A stretch of DNA of 23,647 nt from Candidatus Hodarchaeaceae archaeon (GTDB lineage: Archaea > Hadarchaeota > Hadarchaeia > Hadarchaeales > Hadarchaeaceae): positions 1 to 23,647 of the forward strand of contig JASEGJ010000017.1 in assembly GCA_030018135.1 (NCBI GenBank). The letters are read 5' to 3'. Shown piece after piece: positions 8,688 to 17,551 of this stretch. The notes below the pieces were generated by a model. The model ran no database searches. It was not told the origin of the DNA and saw only the letters and a list, made by a program, of their open reading frames with translations. How positions within the stretch are numbered: the first letter of the stretch is position 1; each line of letters begins with the position of its first letter. The position numbers and the translations under genes were made by a program.

Positions 8688-8900
8688 ATGCCCAAGCTCA
8701 AGCGAGTTTTAAACATAAAGGTGACCAATACAAGGCAGACAGTTGAGCTAATGCGAGCATTAAGTGAGCTTGATGCAGACATAATTGCAGAATCACGCCC
8801 AGGCACAATCAAAATCCGCATCTATGGGTCGAAGGGGGAGATTCGCAACATCGAGCGCAGGATATTGGCATTAACCTCAGCGAAGTCGCAACCCTCATAA
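8688..8900 (+). CDS. 70-aa protein resembling the N-terminal domain of DUF2067 proteins
   Basis: Abuts the csl4 stop codon. The KRVLNIKV...IKIRIYGSKGEIR pattern and the csl4-X-rpoL position match Thermococcales DUF2067 genes as recalled. Confidence 0.6.
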   Translation: MPKLKRVLNIKVTNTRQTVELMRALSELDADIIAESRPGTIKIRIYGSKGEIRNIERRILALTSAKSQPS

Positions 8901-8934
8901 AGTTAGCTGAACTTAGTTAAAAAAAGGTGTTGCT

Positions 8935-9216
8935 ATGGAGCTTAAACTCGTTAACAAGGATGGGCGCAACCTGACGGTAAAAATCATAGGCGAGGACCAT
9001 ACGCTGTGCAATATTTTACGCAAAACCCTACATGAAGATGAGCATGTCATCACTGCCTCTTATACAATCGAACACCCGCTACTGGAGCATCCGACATTCT
9101 ATGTAAACGTTAAAAAAGGAAAGACACCGGAGCGTGCCTTGACTGACGCGGCCGAGCGGATAATAGAAAGCTGCGATGGGCTGCAGAAAAAATTGTTGAG
9201 GGAATTAAAAAAGTGA
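8935..9216 (+). CDS. rpoL: DNA-directed RNA polymerase subunit L (Rpo11)
   Basis: GEDHTLCNILRK and ASYTIEHPL motifs. Confidence 0.96.
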   Translation: MELKLVNKDGRNLTVKIIGEDHTLCNILRKTLHEDEHVITASYTIEHPLLEHPTFYVNVKKGKTPERALTDAAERIIESCDGLQKKLLRELKK

Positions 9217-9265
9217 TGTTAGCGTGCCGATATTTACACAGTTGGTAGCTACCCGAGGGGTTGGC

Positions 9266-9871
9266 TTGGAACAGGTTAAATTTTGGGATATAAAGTCAGA
9301 GATTCGAGTGGTGGGGGTGGACGATGGTCCATTCGAGCCGCGCATGAAGGGCGATGTTTTACTTGTGGGCGCGGTTTTCAGGGGCGGTCATTGGTTGGAT
9401 GGGGTCTTGAGGACATACGTTACAATAGATGGTTCCGATGCAACACAACGAATAATCGAAATGATCAACGAGAGTAAGCATAAGGGTCAACTTCGGGTTA
9501 TAATGGTGGACGGGATAACATTCGCTGGCTTTAACGTCGTAGATATTCAAGAGATTTTTAAGCAAACCAGTTTGCCCGTAATTGCTGTTTCGAGAAAGCG
9601 GCCACGCATGACGCAGGTAAAAAAAGCTTTAAAAAATCTGCCAGATTGGCAGAGGCGTTGGAAGATGTTGCGGTCAGCTGGAAAAATATACAAAGTAAAA
9701 TCGAGGAGTTGTGTAAAGTCGGTATACATGCAGATAGCGGGCATAGGGCGCCCCGATGCGGAGCAGGTAGTTAAATTAACGTCCACACGTAGTTTAATAC
9801 CTGAACCACTGCGTGTTGCCCACCTGATCGCAACGGGAATCGTGCGCGGTGAGAGCGCAGGGACGGTTTAA
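9266..9871 (+). CDS. DUF99 / endonuclease dU family protein (endonuclease V-like fold)
   Basis: IRVVGVDDGPF, DGSDAT, DGITFAGFNVVD and IPEPLRVAHLIA motifs. TTG start after GAGGGG is probable; the ORF track uses 9224. Confidence 0.88.
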   Translation: MEQVKFWDIKSEIRVVGVDDGPFEPRMKGDVLLVGAVFRGGHWLDGVLRTYVTIDGSDATQRIIEMINESKHKGQLRVIMVDGITFAGFNVVDIQEIFKQTSLPVIAVSRKRPRMTQVKKALKNLPDWQRRWKMLRSAGKIYKVKSRSCVKSVYMQIAGIGRPDAEQVVKLTSTRSLIPEPLRVAHLIATGIVRGESAGTV

Positions 9872-9873
9872 CC

Positions 9874-10359
9874 ATGTTTAAAAACAAAAGACAGGCTAAG
9901 GGTAAGACGCTTAGGCGCAGGCTTGCCCGCGTGGTTGGGCACGAAGTGGTACGCGAGGTGATTATAGCGATTCTAATCATATCAATTCTTTACTTTGGTC
10001 TACGCGGTGCCTTGATGCTCGCCCTCAATACGGAGTCGCCGATGATGGCTGTTGTTTCAAATAGCATGAAGCCAACGTTTGAGCGCGGGGACCTGCTATT
10101 GATTAGGGGCGTTAGCTCACCGGCGGAAATAGCGATCGGCGACATCATTGTATTTCGATCCGAGCATCAATCGGCACTGATCGTGCATCGCGTCATCGAA
10201 AAAATAATAGATGAAAACGGCCGCGTTTGGTTTAAAACTCAAGGCGATGCCAATCCCGGGCCGGACCCAACGCCAGTTAGGCCTGAAGACATAAAAGGCA
10301 AGGTGACGTTCATGATTCCTAAGCTAGGGCACATATCACTTCTCTTAAGAGGTAGCTAG
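9874..10359 (+). CDS. sec11: Signal peptidase I, archaeal Sec11 type
   Basis: N-terminal transmembrane helix; VVSNSMKPTFERGD (catalytic Ser), IVHRV and TQGDAN motifs. Confidence 0.93.
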   Translation: MFKNKRQAKGKTLRRRLARVVGHEVVREVIIAILIISILYFGLRGALMLALNTESPMMAVVSNSMKPTFERGDLLLIRGVSSPAEIAIGDIIVFRSEHQSALIVHRVIEKIIDENGRVWFKTQGDANPGPDPTPVRPEDIKGKVTFMIPKLGHISLLLRGS

Positions 10360-10788
10360 ATGGCTTTGAAGCGCCATCCGCTACTTACGGTAGATATCAT
10401 CATCTCCACGCCGGATGGGATCGTTCTAGTTAGGCGGGGCCGCGAGCCGTACAAAGGCAAGTGGGCGCTGCCCGGCGGCTTTGTACATTACGGCGAGAGG
10501 GTGGAGGATGCAGCCGTCCGTGAGGCCAAGGAAGAAACTGGTTTAAGGGTCAGGTTACAGAAGCTCGTCGGGGTATACTCCGACCTAGGACGGGACCCTC
10601 GCGGACATGTTATTTCGATATGTTTTTTGGCGGCGAAAATAGGGGGCAAGTTGATGGCTTCAGACGATGCTGTAGAAGCGCGTGCATTCAAGCGGATACC
10701 TTGGAAAAAACTCGCATTCGACCACGCAAAGATTTTAAAAAATGCCGAGCTAGGGTGGACGCATGGAATTTTGTCCGAAGTGCGGTAA
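10360..10788 (+). CDS. NUDIX hydrolase (NudF/ADP-ribose pyrophosphatase-like)
   Basis: Nudix box [26 protein letters not shown]; RDPRGH and LAFDH motifs. Confidence 0.92.
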   Translation: MALKRHPLLTVDIIISTPDGIVLVRRGREPYKGKWALPGGFVHYGERVEDAAVREAKEETGLRVRLQKLVGVYSDLGRDPRGHVISICFLAAKIGGKLMASDDAVEARAFKRIPWKKLAFDHAKILKNAELGWTHGILSEVR

Positions 10789-11086
10789 TTTGATGCTGCC
10801 CAAGAAGATCGAGGAAGGCCCGATTTTGGTGTGCAGCGGTTGCGGGTATGCAACAAAAGCGTCCGCGCTCGAGGGCTATAGGCTCACACGGACATCTAAA
10901 GAAAGGAAGGAACCAATGGTCGTCGAAGGTATGCCCGTCACGTTACCAACGACGCATACCCGTTGCCCGAGTTGCGGGCACAATAAAGCTTACTGGTGGT
11001 TGCGGCAGACACGCGCAGCGGATGAGGCAACGACGCGCTTTTACCGCTGTGCAAAGTGCGATCACACTTGGAGGGAATATACATAA
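10763..11086 (+). CDS. tfs: Transcription factor S (TFS/RpoM)
   Basis: [11 protein letters not shown]...CSGCG first Zn ribbon; CPSCG...QTRAADE...FYRCAKC second ribbon with intact catalytic DE. Confidence 0.95.
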   Translation: MEFCPKCGNLMLPKKIEEGPILVCSGCGYATKASALEGYRLTRTSKERKEPMVVEGMPVTLPTTHTRCPSCGHNKAYWWLRQTRAADEATTRFYRCAKCDHTWREYT

Positions 11087-11248
11087 TTGATTATTGCTTT
11101 CGGCGACTTCTCTACCAAAGTGTCTTAAAAGTAAAAGATGGGTATAAGATGAGGAGGGGTTTAATTGGAATTATTGATAAACACGTCGAGGGCTATAACA
11201 CCTGCAAAGTGTCGTGTCCAGCGAGAGCATAAGTAATGGGGGGAGGGG

Positions 11249-11599
11249 ATGGAGGAATTTCAACTGAGGAAAAAGCCGGCAAGAGACAGAAGGATTTCTG
11301 AGATCAAGATTGCCGACGAACACATCAGAATAGTCGGATTGGTGGTAGAAAAAAGAAATGCCGAGTTTGTAATCGACGATGGATCGGGTCAGATCACAGT
11401 ACTTTTCGACGACCCAACATTGGCGGAAGGCGTCTCTATCGGCTCAAAAGTTAGAGTTTTCGGGGTACCACTCAACGCGGGCAATATCCTTGAGCTACAT
11501 GCCGGGATAGTACAAAAAGTTGATAGGCTAGACCTCGAACTGCATGAAGAGGTTAGGCGAGAAATTAAAAAATTTGAAAAGGAGCTTGAAATAAAATAG
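11249..11599 (+). CDS. Single OB-fold protein, replication protein A small subunit (Rpa14/Rpa3-like)
   Basis: RKKPARDRRISEI...IVGLVV...IDDGSG...VRVFG...IVQ plus a C-terminal helix, matching the Thermococcales Rpa14 pattern as recalled. Confidence 0.8.
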   Translation: MEEFQLRKKPARDRRISEIKIADEHIRIVGLVVEKRNAEFVIDDGSGQITVLFDDPTLAEGVSIGSKVRVFGVPLNAGNILELHAGIVQKVDRLDLELHEEVRREIKKFEKELEIK

Positions 11600-11614
11600 G
11601 AAGGAGGGATTGCA

Positions 11615-12370
11615 GTGGTGCGTATGCGCATGTCAGATTCGAAATTATGGAAAACTTGCGTTAGCGCCATAGCGAGCCTCATAGACGAAGCGGCATTTAA
11701 ACTCACGCCCGAAGGCATAAAGATGAAAGCGATGGATCCCTCGCACGTTGCGCTGGTAGATTTCGAGCTGCCCACAGCAGCATTCATCGAATACGATGTT
11801 AAGCAACCAGCCATCCTTGGCGTAGACCTGACCGAGATGAACAAAATCATGGCGCGCGCAAAAGCTGAGGATGAATTCATTTTAGATCTCAACGAGGAAA
11901 AAAATCGCTTGATATTAACATTCAGAAGTGCATCCACAAGGCGGTTTAGTTTGCCATTGGTAGACATCAGCGAGGCGGAGTTGCCAGAGCCAAAACTACA
12001 GTTTACCGCGACTGCAGATGTAACTGCAGGCATAATTCAGGATGGGCTGCGCGATGCTGAGATAGTCGGCGACAATGTGAAATTTGAGCTAACCGAAGAG
12101 GGATTTTTCATGTATACGGAAAGCGAGACGGGCGCCACGGAGCTAAAATTGCACAAGGGGGATCCAGCCCTACTAAAGTTGAACGTAAAACAGCCAGCAC
12201 GGGCGATGTTCAACATAAAGTATCTCATCGACATGACGAAGGCAGTGGGCTCAGCAGATGCCATTACAATTAGTATCGGTTCAAATTTGCCGATTCAACT
12301 CGACTTTCCAATCGCCGAGGGAAAGGGTCGGTTGCGATTTTTGTTAGCACCCCGGATCGAAGCGGAGTAG
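11615..12370 (+). CDS. pcn: DNA polymerase sliding clamp PCNA
   Basis: AMDPSHVALVDFEL and C-terminal LRFLLAPRIE; strong Shine-Dalgarno GGAGGG. Confidence 0.97.
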   Translation: MVRMRMSDSKLWKTCVSAIASLIDEAAFKLTPEGIKMKAMDPSHVALVDFELPTAAFIEYDVKQPAILGVDLTEMNKIMARAKAEDEFILDLNEEKNRLILTFRSASTRRFSLPLVDISEAELPEPKLQFTATADVTAGIIQDGLRDAEIVGDNVKFELTEEGFFMYTESETGATELKLHKGDPALLKLNVKQPARAMFNIKYLIDMTKAVGSADAITISIGSNLPIQLDFPIAEGKGRLRFLLAPRIEAE

Positions 12371-12373
12371 GCG

Positions 12374-13654
12374 GTGACGTTGATTGGTCCAGAATATGCC
12401 GCCGCGCTTGACCCGTTCACACGCGAGGCAAAGGAACTCGTACGGAAGTCCCCGCCGCTCGATAAAATGCCGCAAAAAATAACAGATCTTGCGGTTGAAC
12501 GCGTGAAATGGAGATCAGGCCGGGACATGGTTGTGAATTTTGACATCGAGGCAGTTCGCGCAGACATATTTTCGTTTTATTTGACTTGCCAAGCAATAGC
12601 TGCGGTGTCGTATCCATACTCGCGCGAGTCACGCTTAGTGAGCGATGCGACGAGAGAAACGATAAAATACCGCATGTACGACCTTTTCAAGCGCGGTTAT
12701 GAAGAACTTTGCCTAGAAGTCGTTCAGCGCTCCTTCAAGTTCCTCCAGCTGGAGCGCGACGACGGGGCAAAGCTGGGCAACGTCGAAATCCCTCGAGAAG
12801 ATTACTTCAGGTTGCGTGACAGACGTCTCGCCGAGGACGGCGTTGAAATTGTTGACGATCGCGTATTAGTGCAATATATCCCGAAGTATGCCGTACGATG
12901 GACAGATCTTGCGCTACTGTTAAAGCACCGTCGGGTCGAGTTGACCAAATTGTATTTGGTTAATGGGTGGGCAGTCATAACCCCCCGCGAGCTTTGGGAT
13001 CTTTTTGCGGGATTCATAAGCGTAAAGACGGAGGAATATATCGCGTCCGTATATGAGCGTTTTTCCGATACTGGAGCGCCGTCAAAACTGCTTACAGACA
13101 TTGGCGAGAGGATTGTGTCCCTCTTGCCTCCGGAGATCGGGCTGCGCGAGAGGTTTGCGAGGGTGCCGCCGGGTAGGCTCCGCCCTGAGTTCTTCCCCCC
13201 ATGCGTAAAGAAAGCTCTGGCCGGCGTGGGCTCTGGTGCGAGAAATTATGCGGTCACCGTTTTGCTGACATCTTTCCTATCATACGCTCGCGTGTCGCCA
13301 TCGGGTAGGGCAGTTTCACGGATGGCAGATTTCATCGGAGATATTTCAGTTGTGCGAAACGAAATCGCGCCGTTGATATTCGAGTCCGCAGAGCGATGCA
13401 ATCCACCGCTTTTTAAAGATCAGCCACAGGAAAAGGCCAACATCTTCTATCATCTTGGTTTTGGCATGGTGCTTGAGCCACGTTTGGAGGACAGCGGCAA
13501 ATCAAAGTGGTATCGTACGCCAAACTGCAACAAAATAGCGATAGCAACACCAGCGCTTTGCGACCCAGATGAGTTTTGCAAAAAAATAAAAAACCCGCTT
13601 ACGTATTACTACAGACAATTGGCCGAACACTCTAGGCTACGCGCGGGGGATTGA
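12374..13654 (+). CDS. priL: DNA primase large subunit PriL
   Basis: LDPFTREAKELV, LYLVNGWA, FFPPCV, RNYAVTVLLTSFLSYAR, PNCNKI and KNPLTYY motifs with Fe-S cysteines. Confidence 0.92.
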   Translation: MTLIGPEYAAALDPFTREAKELVRKSPPLDKMPQKITDLAVERVKWRSGRDMVVNFDIEAVRADIFSFYLTCQAIAAVSYPYSRESRLVSDATRETIKYRMYDLFKRGYEELCLEVVQRSFKFLQLERDDGAKLGNVEIPREDYFRLRDRRLAEDGVEIVDDRVLVQYIPKYAVRWTDLALLLKHRRVELTKLYLVNGWAVITPRELWDLFAGFISVKTEEYIASVYERFSDTGAPSKLLTDIGERIVSLLPPEIGLRERFARVPPGRLRPEFFPPCVKKALAGVGSGARNYAVTVLLTSFLSYARVSPSGRAVSRMADFIGDISVVRNEIAPLIFESAERCNPPLFKDQPQEKANIFYHLGFGMVLEPRLEDSGKSKWYRTPNCNKIAIATPALCDPDEFCKKIKNPLTYYYRQLAEHSRLRAGD

Positions 13655-13655
13655 A

Positions 13656-14612
13656 GTGCAACTGAGGGAAGCGACGCCCGAAGAACGATTACAATTTTAT
13701 AAGGAAGAGTGGAATAAACGCGACCTGCCTGATTTTATCTTACATACGCTTTCATTGCGTGAATTCGGTTTTGACTTAGACGGAACAGGGCCGAGCCATA
13801 GATATAACCAATTCATGACGGTCGAGCAATTGGCTGACTTTTTACGCAATAAGGCGCCTTATGCAGCATACGCGAGCGTCGCCCTCTATGAGCAACCTTC
13901 CATGAGGAAAGGGTGGCTAAAATCGGAGCTTGTTTTTGATGTGGATGCAAAAGATCTGCCGCTCAAGAGCTGCAGTTGCGTTGGCGGGGCGGTGTGCGAG
14001 CAATGTTTGAATGAAGCTCGTCAAGTCGCCATACAATTCGCAGAAACGATGCGTTCAGACCTCGATTTGCATAATATCAATTTTGTATTTTCAGGCCGAG
14101 GCTTTCACATCAGGGTAACGGATGAATCGGTAATGGCATTTGAGCAGGCGGAACGTGCCCAGCTTGTGGAATACATAACTGGTTGTGTTATACCAACGGA
14201 CGTAACAATAACACTGGGGTATTCACGTGTGTTTAGGGGGCGCGTCGCACGCACCTTTGAGCGCCTAGATGAGCAAAGGCTTTTACAGGTTCATGGCATG
14301 AGAAATGCGTTGGCACAACAATTGGTAAAGGAAAGAGAGCGAGTGCTGACCGCAATACGAGCGGGGCGACTTTCGGATCTTGAAAATTATAATGGGATGG
14401 GGCCGAAAACATTTAGGAACTTGCTTGAATTTTTTATTAGGTTGAATTCAGAGTTCACGGATGGCAAGGTCACGATAGACACGAAGCGCATACTCCGGTT
14501 GCCCTCCAGCTTACATTCCGGCGTCAGCATGAAATGTATGTTGGTGCGAGATATGGAGCGCTTTTCCATTGAAGAAGCAGCCCCTAAGTTTGTGCGTGAG
14601 CGGATGCAATAA
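13656..14612 (+). CDS. priS: DNA primase small catalytic subunit PriS
   Basis: REFGFD, ELVFDVDAKD, FSGRGFH and DGKVTIDTKRILRLPSSLH motifs. Confidence 0.96.
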   Translation: MQLREATPEERLQFYKEEWNKRDLPDFILHTLSLREFGFDLDGTGPSHRYNQFMTVEQLADFLRNKAPYAAYASVALYEQPSMRKGWLKSELVFDVDAKDLPLKSCSCVGGAVCEQCLNEARQVAIQFAETMRSDLDLHNINFVFSGRGFHIRVTDESVMAFEQAERAQLVEYITGCVIPTDVTITLGYSRVFRGRVARTFERLDEQRLLQVHGMRNALAQQLVKERERVLTAIRAGRLSDLENYNGMGPKTFRNLLEFFIRLNSEFTDGKVTIDTKRILRLPSSLHSGVSMKCMLVRDMERFSIEEAAPKFVRERMQ

Positions 14613-15166
14613 TGGCGGGCTTTTCTTTTGACGATATCAAACGCATGTGGACGGAGGAAAAGGCTTCCCAAGAGCTTAGAGAATTGCCACATGATTTTTA
14701 TTTGAGCGCAGCAAAGCATGTAGCAGAGATAAATCTCGAGTTCAGACGTAGCGAACAACCACGGCGGGAGTTGCTTCAAGAAGAACTCCGCAATATCGCG
14801 CGGATGTTGCGGGAAATCCACTTGTTGCGCACACTTAAAGCCATGGACGAAATAACGAGGGGAAGCTTTCCGAGTTCCTTGCTTGAACGAGAGCGCCAAG
14901 CATTTGTCGAGGTCAGACAAATTTTGGATAGGTTGCAAGCGGAGCTGATCGCGCCCGTGCTTAGTGGCAAGGCCGCTGTTCTTGCGCCGCGCGACATAAC
15001 AAATGTGCCTCTGGTATTTTTGGCGGAAATGCCACAAATAGTTGGCGATGACTTAAAACAATACGGCCCGTTTAAAAGCGGCGAAGTGGCTTTCCTACCA
15101 AGGCGCACCGCTGAACTGATTATGAAGCATGGCATAGCTCGAAAAATCGAGGTCAGAATACCCTAG
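14612..15166 (+). CDS. GINS complex subunit Gins15 (Gins51)
   Basis: EKASQELRELPHDFY helical A domain followed by a B domain IVGDDLKQYGPFKSGEVAFLP; conserved position after priS. Confidence 0.88.
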   Translation: MAGFSFDDIKRMWTEEKASQELRELPHDFYLSAAKHVAEINLEFRRSEQPRRELLQEELRNIARMLREIHLLRTLKAMDEITRGSFPSSLLERERQAFVEVRQILDRLQAELIAPVLSGKAAVLAPRDITNVPLVFLAEMPQIVGDDLKQYGPFKSGEVAFLPRRTAELIMKHGIARKIEVRIP

Positions 15167-15227
15167 CGATACTTTTTTGACCACAATCATCCTTGTATCC
15201 TCTTGGAAAAACCCATCAGGGATTTAA

Positions 15228-15506
15228 ATGAAGGTACCAAAAAAGCTTCGCACATATTGCCCGTCCTGCCGCAAGCATACGGTACATACCATTTCTCAGT
15301 TACACAAGCGAGCGCCACGTCCATTAAGTTGGGGTCAGCGTCAGTTCAATCGCGTCATGGCGGGCTACGGCAGCCAACCGAGGTCCGAACAGAAGAAGTT
15401 TGCCAAGACCACAAAGAAAATCAGCCTGATGTTAAAATGTAGTCAATGCGGCAAATCGCACCCACACCGCGGCTTTAGAGCCAAGGGCGTAGAGATAACA
15501 GAGTAG
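15228..15506 (+). CDS. rpl44e: 50S ribosomal protein L44e (eL42)
   Basis: MKVPKKLRTYCPSCRKHTVH, GYGSQ and KTTKKISLMLKCSQCGK motifs. Confidence 0.97.
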   Translation: MKVPKKLRTYCPSCRKHTVHTISQLHKRAPRPLSWGQRQFNRVMAGYGSQPRSEQKKFAKTTKKISLMLKCSQCGKSHPHRGFRAKGVEITE

Positions 15507-15514
15507 GTGAGGAA

Positions 15515-15700
15515 ATGCAGGTAGTTAAATTGCGCAACCCTCGGTTTCTTAGGGTTAGATGCAATGATTGCAGTAATGAACAGATAGTTTACAGTCATGC
15601 AAGCTCAGCCGTCAAATGCGTTGTATGTAGTAAAACGTTAGCGGTACCGCGCGGAGGTAAGGCCGAGATAAGGGCAACGATCATAGGTGTGGCTTGGTAG
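15515..15700 (+). CDS. rps27e: 30S ribosomal protein S27e
   Basis: FLRVRCNDCSNEQIVYSHA...CVVC...PRGGKA. Confidence 0.96.
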   Translation: MQVVKLRNPRFLRVRCNDCSNEQIVYSHASSAVKCVVCSKTLAVPRGGKAEIRATIIGVAW

Positions 15701-16513
15701 GTGTTAAATTTGGTTCGCCGTAAGTCTGAATGGCCAACCGAGGACGAGCTGGTCCTGTGCACGGTGACTAAGGTATTTCCGCAGGGAGCATTTGCGAAGC
15801 TGGACGAATACGACGGAAAGGAGGGCATGGTACACATTTCAGAGGTCGCTTCCGGTTGGGTTAAAAACATCAGGGATTTCGTTCGAGAGGGTCAGAAAGT
15901 TGTATGCAAGATCCTAGCAGTGAACCCGAGAAAAGGCCAGATAGATCTGTCGATTCGTCGAGTTAAGGATAGCCAGCGCCGTTGGAAGGCTCAGCAATGG
16001 AAGCGGGAGCAGAGGGCAGAGAAACTGCTGGAACTAGTGGCGGGTAGGTTGGGCAAAGACTTGGATGCGGCCTACGAGGAGATAGGGTTTGCATTGCAGG
16101 ATCGATTCGGGGATCTCTATTCAGCATTCGAATCCGTGGCTGTAAAAGGCAAAGAAATCTTGGCCGACCTCACAACCGATAAGCGATGGATCGATGCAAT
16201 CAGTGAGATCGCGGTCTCAACCATAGAACCGTCAACCGTCGAAGTTGTTGGTTATGTGGATTTGAGCTGCCCGGCCCCTAATGGTGTTGAAGTGATTAAG
16301 TCGGCGATGCTAAGCGCGCTTGACTCGGCCAAAAGCAATGGGGTGAATATTGAGTTTTACTATGTCGGTTCACCGCGCTATCGCATAAAAGTTACCGCAC
16401 CCTCGTATAAGGTCGCGGAAGGCGCCATGCAAAAAGCTGCAGAGATCGCAATCGCGGTAGTAAAAAAGACCGGCGGCAAGGGCGAATTCCATGCGGTTCC
16501 TAAGGGCGAATAA
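15701..16513 (+). CDS. eif2a: Translation initiation factor 2 alpha subunit
   Basis: S1 domain GAFAKLDEY...HISEVASGWVKNIRD, IDLSIRRV, and GSPRYRIKVTAPSYKVAE. Confidence 0.97.
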   Translation: MLNLVRRKSEWPTEDELVLCTVTKVFPQGAFAKLDEYDGKEGMVHISEVASGWVKNIRDFVREGQKVVCKILAVNPRKGQIDLSIRRVKDSQRRWKAQQWKREQRAEKLLELVAGRLGKDLDAAYEEIGFALQDRFGDLYSAFESVAVKGKEILADLTTDKRWIDAISEIAVSTIEPSTVEVVGYVDLSCPAPNGVEVIKSAMLSALDSAKSNGVNIEFYYVGSPRYRIKVTAPSYKVAEGAMQKAAEIAIAVVKKTGGKGEFHAVPKGE

Positions 16514-16515
16514 CC

Positions 16516-16689
16516 ATGAATATAAAAAAATGTAAAAATTGCGGACAATACACATTGAGAGATACATGCTCAAGTTGCGGCGGTCAGGCAGTTTCACCAC
16601 ATCCGCCTAAGTTTTCACCGCATGATCCATACGGCAAGTATAGACGTTTGTTGAAGAAACAGGTACTCGGTTTGGGTGAGGAAAAGTGA
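16516..16689 (+). CDS. nop10: H/ACA RNP protein Nop10 (57 aa, absent from the ORF track)
   Basis: Manual translation MNIKKCKNCGQYTLRDTCSSCGGQAVSPHPPKFSPHDPYGKYRRLLKK...; Zn ribbon plus HPPKFSP motif; canonical position after aIF2alpha. Confidence 0.95.
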   Translation: MNIKKCKNCGQYTLRDTCSSCGGQAVSPHPPKFSPHDPYGKYRRLLKKQVLGLGEEK

Positions 16690-17450
16690 AGGAGTCGATG
16701 GTAAAGTTCTTAAGCAAGCCTCAGCTGAAGGAGCCGGCCCTCATCGAAGGGTTACCGGGTATGGGGCATGTTGGCAAGCTAGCGGCTGAACATCTCGTCG
16801 CCGAGCTTAGCGCTGAAAAATTTGCCGATTTGTATTCTCCCTACTTCCCACATCACGTTTACGTGGAGGGCGGAGGCATAATAAGGCCGATCAGAAACGA
16901 GTTCTATTGGGCGAGCCCCGACGGCAAAGACATGATAATTTTAGCCGGTGATGTACAGGCGATCACGCCGGAGGGGCACTACGAGGTAGCGAACAAAATT
17001 CTAGATGTCGCAGAGCAGTTTGGAGTGAAACAACTTTTCACGCTGGGAGGCTATGCAACTGGTAGGTATTCTCGAGTTAAGCCAAAGGTGATTGGGGTGG
17101 TCAGCCATCCGGAGCTTATGGACACATGCCGGGAACACGGGGTTGAAATCGAAGAGGGCGGTGGGCCGATAATAGGCGCCTCAGGTCTGCTATTGGGATT
17201 GGGAAAGTTACGCGGCATGTACGGCATTTGCTTGCTCGGCGAAACTCACGGCATGGTTGTCGATCACAGATCCGCTCAATCGGTTCTCGAGGCGTTGACG
17301 GGCATCCTAGGGATAAAGGTTGATATGGCTGCTATCGAGCACCGGGCGAAGGAGACGGAGCGCATCATCACTCGCATGCGAAAGGAAATGGAACTTAGAG
17401 TTCGCAGGGAAAAGCATCGCGCGGAAGAAGAAGCTTGGTACATAGGATAA
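16686..17450 (+). CDS. PAC2-family proteasome assembly chaperone-like protein (COG2047)
   Basis: LIEGLPGMGHVGKLA, TLGGY, IIGASGLLLG and CLLGETHG motifs with C-terminal YIG; GTGA overlap with nop10. Confidence 0.92.
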   Translation: MKESMVKFLSKPQLKEPALIEGLPGMGHVGKLAAEHLVAELSAEKFADLYSPYFPHHVYVEGGGIIRPIRNEFYWASPDGKDMIILAGDVQAITPEGHYEVANKILDVAEQFGVKQLFTLGGYATGRYSRVKPKVIGVVSHPELMDTCREHGVEIEEGGGPIIGASGLLLGLGKLRGMYGICLLGETHGMVVDHRSAQSVLEALTGILGIKVDMAAIEHRAKETERIITRMRKEMELRVRREKHRAEEEAWYIG

Positions 17451-17551
17451 ACCATCTCGCAGAGTTTGTTTCGCGTGGTGGTTTAGGTGAACATTGGTCA
17501 AACGAGCGACTTTTAAACAATCGAAGTCGCCAATATCGGAGTGGTATTGGC

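Noticed and set aside
11087-11248. Possible C/D box sRNA in the tfs-rpa3 gap
   Set aside because: No RTGATGA/CTGA box pair found; more simply a terminator plus promoter region.
11389-15135. Long minus-strand ORFs (214 aa, 216 aa and others) opposite pcn, priL, priS and gins15
   Set aside because: Antisense shadows, many of them Ser-rich, fully overlapping well-supported genes.
6403-17551. Apparent N-terminal extensions on Dph2, the METTL5-like protein, Csl4, DUF99 and EndoQ in the ORF track
   Set aside because: Longest-ORF artefacts; downstream starts, mostly with SD motifs, match the family N-termini. Unlike the rSAM extension they are short and motif-free.
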